Shown one piece after another: positions 49,271 to 62,025 of a DNA stretch of 64,000 nt. The stretch is taken from NCBI GenBank assembly GCA_001179505.1, contig CDMY01000464.1, positions 7,544 through 71,543 of the forward strand. Direction: 5' to 3'. Made by a program: the position numbers and the translations under genes. Within the stretch, counting starts at the first letter, position 1, and every line of letters begins with the position of its first letter. The notes beneath the pieces are model-generated. The model saw only the letters and a list, made by a program, of their open reading frames with translations, was not told where the DNA came from and made no database searches. The stretch comes from Vitrella brassicaformis CCMP3155. Lineage: Eukaryota > Protista > Chromerida.

Positions 49271-50417
49271 TAATGGGGGCGGGAGCAGTCGTGTTGTCAT
49301 GCGAGGCTGTGAGCTGTGTTGCGGTGTGTGCCGGAGGGAGGGAGGGAGGCGAGAGCTGCGTGTTTCGTGTGCTGGTAGTGGTCTGTCTGTCTGTTGTGGG
49401 CCAGGAGTGTAGCCTCTTAGCTACGCTACGGTGTCATCTGTGGGAATGGATGGTATCACCAATCACACGCGAAAGCTCATGGCACGACAGACAGACAGAC
49501 AGACAGACAGACAGGGAGGGAGGGAGGGAGGGGGGAAGAGGCAGCGCTCATTGACTCCAAAGCGACGAATTGTCCTGTCGTAGAGAGTGCACGTACGTAT
49601 GTGTGAAGTGACCGATTCGGTTCGTTCAGTCTCTCTCGTATGGGGGCTGGGCTCTCCGTCGGAGCCGTTCTCGAGTGGCACCTGCTCACGGCTCAGTCAG
49701 CTGCAGGTGCCACTCGACGGTGCGGATGGATGGCCGCCCCCATGTGCAGAATGCAGACGTCATCGAACGAACGAACCCAGGCTGTGTGTGTGGTTGGCGC
49801 ACTGTTTCAACGGGTGTTCGTCCTGTCTGTCTGCCTGGCTGGCTGTTGTGTCGTTTGTCTACGTGTGGCGGCCGCTGTATACATAATGCGTACCGGTGCT
49901 GACATCGAAGCGTGCAGTGATGTGACTGCACCCACACAGACAGACCACCCGAACACGACAAGTGGCGCTGTTTTTTCGCGTGTGATGGGCCGGCCGGGGT
50001 GAATGGACACAGCACACACTCTTCTGTGCGGACCCAGCAACTTACGTTAACTGATCGGTGGTAAATGAAGATTGTCAACACTGCACAATACTTACACAGA
50101 TGAGTCAGCGACAGCATCCTTGGCCGTACTGGTTCCTTCTGCGGCCCTCTGTCTCTGTACGACGACGCACAGCAATCTGCCAATCAGTGCGGATCGTGCT
50201 CTGGTCGACACACATCCGATGCGCCGTGGTACGCGAGACGAAGGGCCAGAGAGATCACACGACAGCTGACTGGAACCAGGGGGAAAGCACCCACGAGCCA
50301 GCAACACAAGCTCGCTGACACCAACAGAAGCCACGAAAAAGACTCGCACCAGCAGGGTCTCCATCCCTCTCTCTCTGTGCACACCACACACAACACACCT
50401 CTAAGCCCGACCATTGA

Positions 50418-51483
50418 TCACAGCCTGCTGTGTATCTCGACAATGCCGGGCTCCTCCCTCTGACTCGACGGCTCCACACCCGTCCCCCCCGGCCCCTTCC
50501 ACGGCAGCCTCAGCAAGAAGGCCATCTGGTTGATGCGGTCCGCGCCAAAGAACATCTCCTCGTCGGCCTCGCCCACCGCACCCTCTCTCGCCATCCAGTC
50601 GCGCACGTCAGGAGGGAAGTGGGCGCGCTTGACGAAAAAGGTGGGGCAGCCGAAGGCGCCGCGCCGCACCGCCTCGTCCGTGGCCTTCCTGAGGGCCTTT
50701 TTGACGTCCGGGTCGTCGATGGCGTTGCAGTGCGCCTCTGCCTCTGCGGGCGAGAAGTGCGCCTTGTGGATGAGGGCCCTCTGGAGGGTGTGGACCTCGC
50801 TGATGTCGTCGTTGTCGACCCAGTAGGTGCGGAAGAGGGCGTCGGTGGCGTCCTCGAGCTGGGTGGGGGTGCAGCTCATCGAGATGGACGTCAGCAGACG
50901 CATCACCTATACCATCCACACATCCATTCATTGTCGCAGCCAAGATGGATGGAATGCGGCCTGGTGTTTGATGAGGCAGGCTGGGCTGTGATTGGTCGTG
51001 GTCGTACCTTGAGAGTGTTGGCTGGGAAGTTGAGCGGCACCTTTGCGGGCACCCTCATGTACTCGGCTGTGCGCTTGGTGTCCTGAAGAGCACACACATG
51101 GCCACACACACACACACACACTCATGGACCACCATCCAGTCCAGCGCCACGCCAGCGTACTTACTACCTTCATAACGTATACTCTCCTAGCGGGCAGCGC
51201 GGCCGGCATCTGGTTGCCCGTGGCCTTGAATATGCCCCCGATGAGGCATGGCCGCAGCTTCACTTGCACCTTGCCTCGCCAGAGCGCCGGAGAGCTCGTG
51301 TACCGGTGCAGCACGGAGCAGGCGAAGTACGAGTACATGCTGCCGATGTCTGGCAGTCACAACGGGAAGCGGGAACGAGAGCAGGGTGCCTCTCCGTGAG
51401 TAGAGTGTGTGTGCCGTCAGATGCATACCGTAGAAAACCTCCACAAGCACGGGAGCTGTAGATGAAGAGGTCAATGACGCCAT
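50418..51483 (-). CDS. Glutathione S-transferase kappa / 2-hydroxychromene-2-carboxylate isomerase (DsbA-like)
   Basis: VEVFY|DIGSMYSYFA..LRPCLIGGIFKATGNQMP..NFPANTLK..LFRTYWVD..DEAVRRGAFGCPTFFV..MFFGADRINQMAFLL. Confidence 0.9.
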
Positions 51484-51581
51484 CCTCCTAACTGGAAGAT
51501 CTGAACAAACTGGGAGGGGGGGAAGATTGCCTTTTTTTTGCGCCGGCCGTCAGAAATAAAAGTACGTCTGGCAGGAGGACA

Positions 51582-52783
51582 ATGCCTTTCTGCCTGTTGC
51601 TGCTTCTCCTTCTCGCCACGGCGCCCCCTGCGTTCGCCCTGTCGTCGCGGCAGATATGCCTCCTGGTGGGCGGCCGGCTGGGCTCGAGATCAGACATTGT
51701 GTGCTGTCCCAAGAGCTGCCCCGTTGCCGATGAGGGTGAGTGCTGCCTGGAGCAGGACGCCGGGGCCAAATTCTGCTCGCTGGCGGGCGAGGCGCCCTGT
51801 ATTGCTGGTGCGTACGTGAGCGAGACGACGGACGAAGCACAGCACTCCGGTTCTCGATGTTCTCGCTCTCTCTTTCCTACTGTGTGTGGAGCAGTCCATC
51901 CGGACCCAGAGAGTGAAGAGAAGATGGAGCAGGTGACAGCCAAGGAACAAAAGGAGCCCGCCGACAAGAAGCCTGCGAAGAAGCCCCTGCAGAAGAAGCA
52001 ACAACTCAAGAAGAAACCCCCTCCTCCAAAAGGACCGCAGAAGAAGCAGGGGCCTTCCAAGCCTGACGGCCCTCCGAAGGAGAGAGACAGATATACTCCA
52101 CCTGGAGAGGAGAAGAAGAGGCAGCCCCGCTCTGCCGAGAAGCGGCACGAGAAAGAGTTGAACAAACCAGCTGCGAAGCCGAGTGTCAAAGACAGGCAGT
52201 GCCTTGAGGCGGGTGGCATTCTTGACCAGGAGAGGGGTGTGGCGTGCTGCCCGGCGGTGTGCGGCCGGTGTGGTGGGGCGGGGTGTGGCAAGAGAGAGGG
52301 CGGACTGGACTGCTGTGTGGGCTATGTGGAGGAGGTCTACCAAAGCTGCAGCCACAAGAAGACCGCTCCCTGCACATGTATGTGAGCACCCCACCCAGAT
52401 CACATTCATCACATGTGCAGTGCTGTGCATGGCATGGTCTCTCTCTTTCTGCCGTGCCGCTGTCAGTCATGTCAGTCGGTGAACACAAGACCTACGGCAA
52501 ACACGTCAAGCCAGCACAGACAGCCCAGGTGTCGCTTGTCGATGACAAGGCCAAGGCCGCGGGAGAGGAGCAGTGCAAGAGGGTGGGAGGCGTCATGAGC
52601 CAACACGACGACGAGCAGAGGGCCCTCGCCTGCTGCCCGGCTTCATGTGGGGTGTGTGGCGGGGAGGGGTGCGGCGAGAGGGAGGGCGGGATGGACTGCT
52701 GTGCGGGGTATGTGAGTGATGTGTACGATTCCTGCACTGAGACAGGCAAGGCCCCGTGCAGTGCAAGACAGACGGGCGGCTGA
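51582..52783 (+). CDS. Secreted cysteine-rich repeat protein with a Lys/Pro-rich spacer
   Basis: Signal peptide MPFCLLLLLLLATAPPAFA, then three repeats; two are complete (C..GG..ACCPxxCGxCGGxGCGxREGGxDCCxGYV..VY.SC....APC) and one is degenerate. Confidence 0.8.
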
Positions 52784-53149
52784 CAGGTAGATAGATAGAG
52801 CGGGAGGGAATGCATTGCAGGCCAGGCCCTGGATGTGTGTATGTATTTGTGTGTTTGTTCGCATTTGTTCGAATATATGTGCGTGGTGGTTAGTCGAGTC
52901 GGCTCAGTGAGTGTCTGTATGTATACCTGCTTATTTGTGCAGACAGACATTTGTAGAAGAGAAGACAGCCAGCCGATCGAGCGGGACGAAAAGTGCCCGC
53001 TGACGAGGTTAGTGGCAGGCAGGTTGACGGTGCGTACGTGCGTGTCCGTGAATTCAATTAAGCAAACATGCACACACTCACGTACTGTACACGTGTCCAC
53101 GCCTCGCCTCAACACATGAAGATCCGTCAGTCAGGCCGCATGACTTGAG

Positions 53150-55160
53150 TCTAAGATGTGTCGGTCGGCAGCCATCCACCACCTGAAAGTACACCGGCAC
53201 GCGCAAATCGACACATGCGCAGCGGCCCCGCTGCACGTGGTCGACACGACCCACCGATATGCGATTTGTTACTTAGTCCTCTGTCGCCTCTCCCTGACTC
53301 TCAGGCTGTTGCTGGTGCTGCTGGTGGTGGTGGTGTCCGTCCTCCAAACCTGGTCGACAAGAGGGGAGAGTCGACGGCCAGTGGTTGAGGTGGCCTGCAT
53401 ACCTGTATCGTCATCGTCATTGCTGCTGTTGTCCTCATCCTCGCCGGCATTGCCAGCACCTTGGTGACACCCATATACACAGACCCACAACAGACATACC
53501 GAGATGTGTCAGTCGGGCACCGTTCTCAATGCGTCTCCTCTCTCGTCACCATCATTGTCCGAATCCTCTCCGTCGAAGACGATGTCTGCGATGGGACTCA
53601 GGAACCTACGGGCCATCGCGGCCGTCCGCCGGAAGCGGGCGACAAACGGGGCATCAGACACACCCACTGCTGGCGGCTCACTCGTGTACACGTCAAGAAA
53701 CACTGGCACGTGCACGAGCACACAGAAAAGGAAAAGCACATGCGTCTGCATTCTGATCATCTTCGGTGTTGGCAAGTACCTGAGTCATCATTATCGTCAG
53801 ACACCACCACATCGATCCAGGCGACGAAAGGATCGGTGAAGGATGTGAGCAGGAACTTCCGCCCGCTTAAGTCACCTTCTTCACCCCCCTGACTCCAACC
53901 GATGACCGTGGTGCACCCCTCCACCGGCAGGCGGGGCGACTGCGTCATGATGCCCACCAACCAACCACCGCGGGAACGCCTGAGAAGGAAGGAATCAGGG
54001 TGACACATGCATGACTTATGTGTCTCTATCTAGTCACTGACTCACAGGAACTCGCCGACATAGGTCGCTTTAGCCATCGTCTCTCTTGGGCATAAGATAC
54101 CTCCCATGAGGAGGTCTGAGAAGGACGACTCGGTCACGAGCGATTCGTCCTCGACGACCCACGTGATACTGTCATCGTAGAAGATGTGGTGCCGCACAGG
54201 AGGGTCCTGCGGGTCGCTGTGTGGGTGGAGGGGGTGGGTGGGGGGAAGGGGGGTGGAGTCGAGGCGGTACTCGGGCGCGTCATGGAAGACTCGCAGGTCG
54301 CCATTGCTGTGGTCGAACAGCTCGAACCTCCCCCCCTGACTACCGAGGTCGACGTTTTGGCCGACCATCTTCCACTGGGCGACAACACGAGGCTCACGCA
54401 AATAGGCCTGCCACAACACACAACACGAGCAGAACAGACGAGTGCATCCACCCCTCTTCCCGATCCCTCACTTCTCGCCTGTCGTGCGCACCTGTTTGCT
54501 ACGATGTTTCTCCAGGTCTTGCTGCGTGACGATGACGGGCAGCTCACAGAAGCCCCGCTGATGAGCCAGTCGCAGTGCATCGGCCGCCTCGTCCCAGCTC
54601 TGATGCTCCACCAGCCAACACGACTGCACACACACACACACTCCATGCAATGCAGACTCATCCATCCATCCATACATCCATCCATCCCACGTGTGCAAGG
54701 CAGCCATACCTGCAGCAGTAGCTGATCCTCTAGGTGCTCGTCATCGAACGTCAGCACGGCGTCCAGCGGCGTCCCGTCAGCCAGGTGCTTTTCGTGCAGG
54801 CAGCGGCCGAGGCGACTGCGGAGCGCGTCGGCGTCGAAATCGACGCCGGAGAGGAAGCGGGCGCTGCATCGGAGGCAGCCAGGTCCTTGAGTGTGTGCAA
54901 CCCATCCCGCTCGTCCCGATGGATGAAGTCAGGGCACTGGCCACGAATTGCTGGCCAGTCCTCGTCGTTGCTCCTCCTGCTCACGTTAGCGCCCATCGTG
55001 CCTTGAGATGTTGGATCCGACGAGCATAAAGCCAAGGGTTTGCAACCCTAACCCGGCATACCCAAACCCTTCTTCCTGCCCGTCCTCGAGTCGAGGCGCG
55101 GCAGGGATCCGCCGACGACGCGCCCCCGAACGGAGTCGTCTTTCGAGCGGAGTCGAGGGG
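53150..55160 (-). CDS. Hypothetical multi-exon protein; ends unresolved
   Basis: In-frame spliced segments: HIFYDDSITWVVED..ATYVGEFL|RSRGGWLVGIMTQSP..DDNDDS|VFLDVYTSEPP..DALRT. Confidence 0.5.
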
Positions 55161-55607
55161 TTCCCATCCTGCAACTGACCCGTATCTAGCGGATGGAGCT
55201 TCCGGCGCCGAGGGGGGACGACTCTGCGGCGTGGGGGAGGCCCGGGGTGGCGCATCTCAGGAGCGACTCGGCCAGATCTACGACTTAGTCCAGCAAACGA
55301 CTCGTATTCAGCGGACGGCCGTGGGTTTCGGTCTGGAGGCCTCGTGAGTGTGTTCCTTGGGTTCCTCTGTGCATGTGGAGCGTGCGTGGGTGATTTCTGT
55401 TGCGTGTCGTCGTTTGACTGTGCGTGAAAGACATGGGACTTGGCCATCAGGCCGCTTAGGACATTCTGTGAAACCGCTCCCCCCCAAACCCTGACGAAAA
55501 CCCGAACAGCGAACCACGCCGATGAAAAAACCGCTGAATCGGTGCCACCGTGACAACAGTACAAGCGGCCTCTCATCGATCTCATCTGTCCATCCATCCC
55601 ATTGGCC

Positions 55608-58600
55608 ATGGTAGACCGTCTTACATGTGTGGGCAAGACCGTCGCCGCGCCCAACCTCACTCAGTCACGCAAGTGCTCCGTGCCCTCATCCTTCCCTCCC
55701 CGACCAACCTCCACCCAGGCCTGGGATGAAGCCGAAGCACTGGCCGAGATCCCACATGACGCCCACGAGGAGCTGCTGATCCGGGGCAGACCAGCGGGGC
55801 TCCGTCCTTCCACCGCCCCGTTGCATCCACCCGGCACTCGGGACACTGGCAGCGGTGGTGGTGGTGGTGGTGGCAGTAGGTCGCGTCGGTTCAGTCAAGC
55901 CGACAGGTTTCTGCAGCGGCTGTGTGAGCAGAGCCAACAGGAGCTCAACAGCGGCATCTATGCAGAGGGCGGCTACCATCGGAGCTCTACCCATCCTGAT
56001 GCCGCTGCAAGAGGACCACCACCAGCAGCAGCAGCATCGGCATCGGCGCAGAGCCAGGCGGGGGCGGCTTCACCGTTCTCGCGTCCCGCGCGGCCGAATC
56101 GTCCACCGATTTCACCCACATGGCCTACCCTGCAGTCGAGTCCGTCTTACCATGCGGCACATGCGGTGAGCAGGGCGGCGAGGGAGAGGGGCACGCTGCC
56201 GTATCAGCGGCCCGATGGTGTGGCGCCCCTTCTGCCCCCTTCCTGGCGGCAGCACCCCTTTGCCGGCCTCTCGTCCTCAACCAGCAGCCATGCGACGACC
56301 GTCAGGAGCCTTGCAAGAGAACACGAAGGCCAAGACGGTGACAAATCTCCGCCGAAGCAGCAGCAGCAGCAGCAGCAGGAGAACGGCGAAGAAACGGATA
56401 TGTTGACAATTCACGTGGCGGACGACCGGCGGGGCGTGCAGAAGGAGTATCGGTGCTCGAGGGAGCGGCTTTTGCGGCATATGAAGTACTTCGAGCCGTA
56501 CCTGGCCTGTGGGACCGAGGTGGACTCGAGGGCATCGGATGTGGACATATCTGTCAGCTGCGATGTGGCCATCTTCTCGTGGCTTGTCCATTACATGGAC
56601 ACCGATGGCGACGAAGCCGACAACCCACTGGGTGAGCGAGTAAGGTACGTGTGTCTGACTGACTGATATGTGAGGGTCGTTGTGTTGTGTGCATGTGTGT
56701 GTTTCTGTCTGCACACGTGTGCAGATGTGACGAGTGTGGTGTCGCTGCTGGTGAGTGCTGAGTTCCTGTCGATGGAGGCGGTGGTGCAGCAGTGCCTCCG
56801 ATTTATCAAGACACACATCAATCAGGTAGCCAGCTACAGGACGCATGGGTGGATGGGCACGGCACAGGGTGGATTGCGTGTGTGTGTGTGTGTGTGTGCG
56901 CCAGGTGGTGAAGTTACCATTAGACCTGGGGTGTATCTCGAGCCGTCTGCTCGACGACCTGGCCGCCATGGTACACACACATCCACACACACCACACACA
57001 AGCTGATCAATCTGATTTGATCCACTCACTGCACCGATCTCCTTTTTCCCTCCCTCCTTCCCTCCCTCCCTGCCTCCTGGCCCCCTCAGTTCACTGATGA
57101 CGAGCTAGAGCGTGTCAGGTATGTATGTCACATTGCTCGCAGACCAGACGGACATGCACTCCGTGGAGTGGATTGCATCCCTCTACTCCTGCCTGCCTGC
57201 TGTGGCGTCTGTCCTTTCCCTAGGGACAAGCGCGACAAGCTGGCGTCTCGCCTGTGGGCTCGCAAGGTGCAGAGCCTTCTCAACGGCACATGGCCGTCGA
57301 TAACAGTCATCGAGCAGGGACACCGCGGCGAGGGCACCACAGGAGAGGAGGGAGAGGCGACTGAGGATGGTGAGGGGGTGGAGTCCCTCGAGAGCGTCGC
57401 CACCGTGGCGAGTGCCCCTTCCCTGAGGCGGTGCTCACAGTGTATGCAGCTCTTCGCCATGACACACAGCGACCTGCTCGTATGTCCGCAAGCGCCGTTT
57501 CGTGTCGACTTCCGTGGGGCCCTCGTCACACGCCACAGGCCAGACACCCAGTGGGATCTTGAAAGTAAGCCAACTGCATGTCTGTCTGTGTATGTGTGTG
57601 TGCATTCATTATGTACGTGTTGATGCGATGCCATGCGTGTGTTGTGTCCTGTCTTGTCAGGGTGGGTGGGCTGTCTGCATTCGCGGGAGCAGCTGTCTTG
57701 GCGCGAGGTCTACTGGATGATATGGGGGCAGCTCATCTGTCTCACTTGCGATGTACGTCTGTCTGAATGCGGGGTGGCCACGAGCACCCAAACGCATCAG
57801 ACACGCAGCCAGAAATGAAATGCATTTCTGTGCTGGTATGGTAACTATCTATCGGTGGCTGGGCTGTAGGTGTGCGGCGAGGGCTTCGCTGTGTCGCGTT
57901 ACAAGTGTTGCGCGTACCACCCGTCCAGCCCCCACTTCATGTTTGGCCAGAACGACGGCATATACCCCTGCTGCCACACACCCGTACGTCGCACTCGACT
58001 CGCGGCACACCTCTGTATGCATGGATGGCAGTTAGTTGCTCCATCGTGGTTTGGTACCTCTGTGTGTCATGTGTCATGTGTCATGTAGGCGGTGAGGTTC
58101 TCGCTGACTCGCGCGCCGCACTCAGATGGATGCTGCTCGCGGGTGAGAGGAGGGAGGGGGGGAAAGGGGGGAGGCTTGGCCACCCATGTCGCTGTTGCAT
58201 GGTGTGTGTTGCACTCTATCTGTCAGAATCACACAGTGTCGGGCGATGGTGGCGTGCTCGGTGTGCTGCTCGAGAAGGTCCTGCGCTACCAGGACGTTAT
58301 ATGCATGCCGTTCGCAGACAGACAGAAAGCTGTCCCGGTAGGTAGGTGGTAGGCCGGATGACTGACGGGAGAGATCGGCTCCATGTACCTGCCGTGTTTC
58401 ATCGTGTCTGTGTCTCTCCTTCCCTCTCTGGCGTGTTGTCTCTCGTGCCGTGTGTAGTCGATGGCTGAGATCGCTCGTGCTGAGAAGCTGACGAGCGACA
58501 TCGGCACGACGTCGACGGCCGACTCAGATGAGGTAGGTCACACAGATGGGGATGCTTGTCATGACAAGCCGTCTTGCAGTACCACATCATGATGCGTACG

Positions 58601-59638
58601 GATGTCACTGGATCGATCATCAGGATGAGGACGACAAGACAGACGGCTCACAGGCAGACACCACAGCCACACCCACATCCACGTCCACATCCCCCACCGC
58701 GCCGGCCCCTCCGTCAATCAGCATCATCCGCCCCTTCCCGCCGCCCTCCTCCTTCACGCGCCCTCCCCCATACGTCATCGCATCAGCATCGGCCAGTGCG
58801 TCGTCACGGCGAGTCGATCTCGACAGGATGACCAGCTTCAACATGGGCACCCACCTCCCTCTGCAGCAGAGGGGTGACATGCCCGACTGGGAGAGAATGA
58901 GGCAGCAGATCGAGGCGGAGAGCCGGCCTGCTGTGGGTGGTGCTGGCGGGGACGGTAGAGAGAGGGACAGGGGGGCTGCCGGCACCCCCACCGGCGGCCG
59001 ATTTCGCACCAAGAAACGGAAAAAGAAGAAGGCCAAACAGGTGCGGTGCGCAGTGACGGACGGACATACAATGGCCGCTTTCCCGTGTCTACATCTTTCA
59101 CTCTGTGTGTGTGTGTCTGTGTGTGTGTGTGCATCAGTTCGAGAGCGAGAGGGACTTCGACGCGAGCAGCAGCGTCATGTCAGGGGGTGGCAGCTCGTCG
59201 TCCGCATCCCTGGCAGGCCTCTCCCCCAAGCGGCAGCGGGAGCTCCAGATAGATTTGATAAAGGACGATGATCGCACCAGGATGAACCTCCTGCACGCCT
59301 ACCTCCAGAGCAAAGTCCCCGCCAAACCCAACACCCCTCCCCCAATCACACCGACCCCTCCGCCCCGCCCCCGCCCCAAGACGCCCTCCCCCTCAGCGAG
59401 GCCCTGCAGCGGACAGCCAAAATGGCGGTCATCGTCGTTCGTTAGAGACCGTCTCGGCTCTCTCCGTCCAAGTCCCACATTGAAGGCTGGTGGTGGTGGT
59501 GGTGGCCCACAGGGGGTTTTGGAGGCGAGTAGGATGAGCGGGGGTGGGGGCGGGGGGAGGCGGTCTGCGTCGCGGCCTGCGTCTGCGAGGCCGCGTGTGA
59601 GCGGGAGAAGAGCGTCCACGCCCTTGCCGGGCAAGTGA
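55608..59638 (+). CDS. SANBR/KIAA1841 (DUF3342, BTB-like) family protein
   Basis: LTIHVADDRRGVQKEYRCSRERLLRHMKYF, VDISVSCDVAIFSWLVHY, VVSLLVSAEFLSMEAVVQQCLRFI, RDKRDKLASRLWARK, SWREVYWMIWG and CAYHP..GIYPCC. Confidence 0.85.
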
Positions 59639-60604
59639 GGAAGGTTGTTCTACATGCGTGTGTGTGTGTGCGCGCGAGATGTGGTGTGGTGTAGTCTGTG
59701 CCTTTTGTCTCCTTCGAGGTCACCATGTCATGGTGTCGCATGCTCACCAAGCATGTGAGTGTGTGACAGCGTGTCGTGGTGCCGTGTGAAGGAAGAGAAG
59801 GGCAGACGCGTAGACAGGAAGGATTGTTGCGTTCTCGCGATTGATGCGACGGACGGGTGGGATCTTGACCGACCGATGGATGGTTGTCCCATATATGTAT
59901 GTCTGTATAGCTGTTGATATCCTCCATGCCATGCAGAAGTGTGCAAGTCTCACGCCGTCGATCGTATCAGCCACAGATCTCTCTCTCACGCCCCCCAGCT
60001 CTCCCTCTCCCTCTCCCCCTCTCAGTATACACACTCTCATCATCCAAGTAAGAATCAGTGCCATCCATCCATCGCTATCAACAGGTAGCCGCTCACGAAC
60101 AAACAAAAATACGATTGCATCTCGCTCTCCGCTGATATCTGCAGCTAAGGAGGGAGGAAGCTACTCACTCGGCAACAGAAGAATCCACCCACCCATCTGG
60201 CAGGGCAGCCAAATGAAACGGACGCATCGCAATCGCTAATGCGATTGCGATGGGAAAAATCAGATAGATAGATGTCCACCCTCTCTCACAGTCCCGCCAC
60301 CTCTCTCCTCTCGTCAGTAGACGGACGTAAGTATGTATCCACTGCATTAGCAGACAACCCACCCCCACTCGTACTCGTAGCAAAACGAGACACACACATA
60401 CGCATGTGGGTAGAGTGCACATGGCATCATGTGATGTGTTATCGACAACCAAAACCCTCTCTGGAGCCCCCACGAGCAACGTCTCTCTCTTCCTCTCGCC
60501 TCGCCTCGCCTCGCCCCTCCCGCTCTCTCTGTATACACCACATTCTCACGATGAAAAATGGACCAACCTGCTCACGTCCGTCCGTCCGTCCGTCGGTCCA
60601 TCTG

Positions 60605-62025
60605 CTACACCAAGCCGGCATACACCTCCCACGGCTTGACCGATATGCTATCACCGTACACACAGCAGTCGACTACGGTCGACACGAACGGCGCCAGCAC
60701 CACCAGCTGCAGCGCCAGCCACTCCCGCAGCGTCATCAGCCGCCGGTCCTTCAGCGTCGCGCCCAGAAAGACTATCGAGTTGGCCAGCGCCATCCCGAAG
60801 GCCGCGTCGTACAGCAGCGCCGACTCGCCGGGGAAGCTCTGCAGCACCGTGTCGAGCCACCCCCGCCCTCCAATGCCAATGTTCCAGAGGATGGGCAGGT
60901 GCAGGAGGTTGGGGTAGCTGGCCACCCTGTGGTTCAGGACGATGTCGTTGCGCATCTCGTCGTAGGACAGGGACGTCTCGCGGTTACTGCTGCCCCTGGC
61001 CCATTTGGCGTCCAGCCTGTGAACGGCGCCCTCGAGGGCCTTCTCGGATGTCCAAATGCCGTGGACGATGGTGGCCAGGAAGGCGGTGGCGATGGCGGGC
61101 GTGGCGGCCTCGAGGACGGGGGGGTAGTAGCCCGACACCCACAGGGCCTCCCACGCGGCGAGCAAGGTCATGCCCGTGCCGAGACCCTTGAAGCCGTCTC
61201 CCTTTGTGTCGTGGCCGTTGCGGAACTGACCCACAAACATACGCGCACACACACACACACACACACAGACAGAATATGAGTGTATGACGGCCTCCCTCCC
61301 TCCCTGTGCTGTGCTGTGCTGTGCTGCACTATTCTGTCCATTTACATCTCTCTCACTTTGGACATGGGAATGCAGGTAAAGCAGTTCAAGATCGCCACCA
61401 TCAGGAGCGTCATGGAAGCGCTGTCAGCCCGCCACGGCAGCAAAGGCGAGGGCATCTCGAAGGCGCCCTCCACACCCAACACCGGCCGCGCCAGCTCCCA
61501 CCCGAACCAGAGCGTGCCCAGACCCATGAACAGCACCCCCGACACGGCATGCAGGTGCAGCCAGTCCATCGACGTCCACATGCGCTTGCGGCACTCCCTC
61601 CAGTACGCGGCGGTGAAGACCTTGGCCGCATTCACGCGCGGGATCCTCCTCACATCACTCGCACCCCCGACACGCGCATCCACATCCGCACCGCCCGTCA
61701 TGATCTCGTCCCTCTCCTCCTCCACCACCTCTGGGTCGACCGGCACACGGAGAGGAGGCCCGATGAGGGCCGAGGGCGACACGATTGTGGCCTTCCACTT
61801 GGAGAGGACGGGCGGGGACTGGATCGACGACTCAGAGGGGGACTGCACGCGCAGGCCGAGCTGTGAAGGGCTAGTGGCTGGCTGAGTTCGAGGGATGGGC
61901 CGCATCCTGTCGCTCTTCCTGAGTGTCCGTGGCGCCGCAGAAGGCTGGAAGGCGTCCGAGGCGCATGACGCATAGATCAGAGCCGCAACAATCACCGAAA
62001 TGCTCACGGACGTCCCTCTGGCCAT
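60605..62025 (-). CDS. Multi-pass membrane protein of unknown function with a bipartite (signal + transit) plastid leader; two exons
   Basis: MARGTSVSISVIVAALIYASCASDA|FQP is followed by an Arg/Ser/Pro-rich transit-like region and then five to six hydrophobic segments. Confidence 0.8.

Noticed and set aside
49300-50400. Hidden gene or RNA between COX5B and GST-kappa
   Set aside because: It is convergent 3' UTR-like sequence with simple repeats; no convincing coding bias or stems were noticed.
54751-55006. N-myristoylated start MGANVS for the 53-55 kb hypothetical gene
   Set aside because: That frame stops after about 85 codons and is not the frame continuing into the downstream exons; the true start is unresolved.
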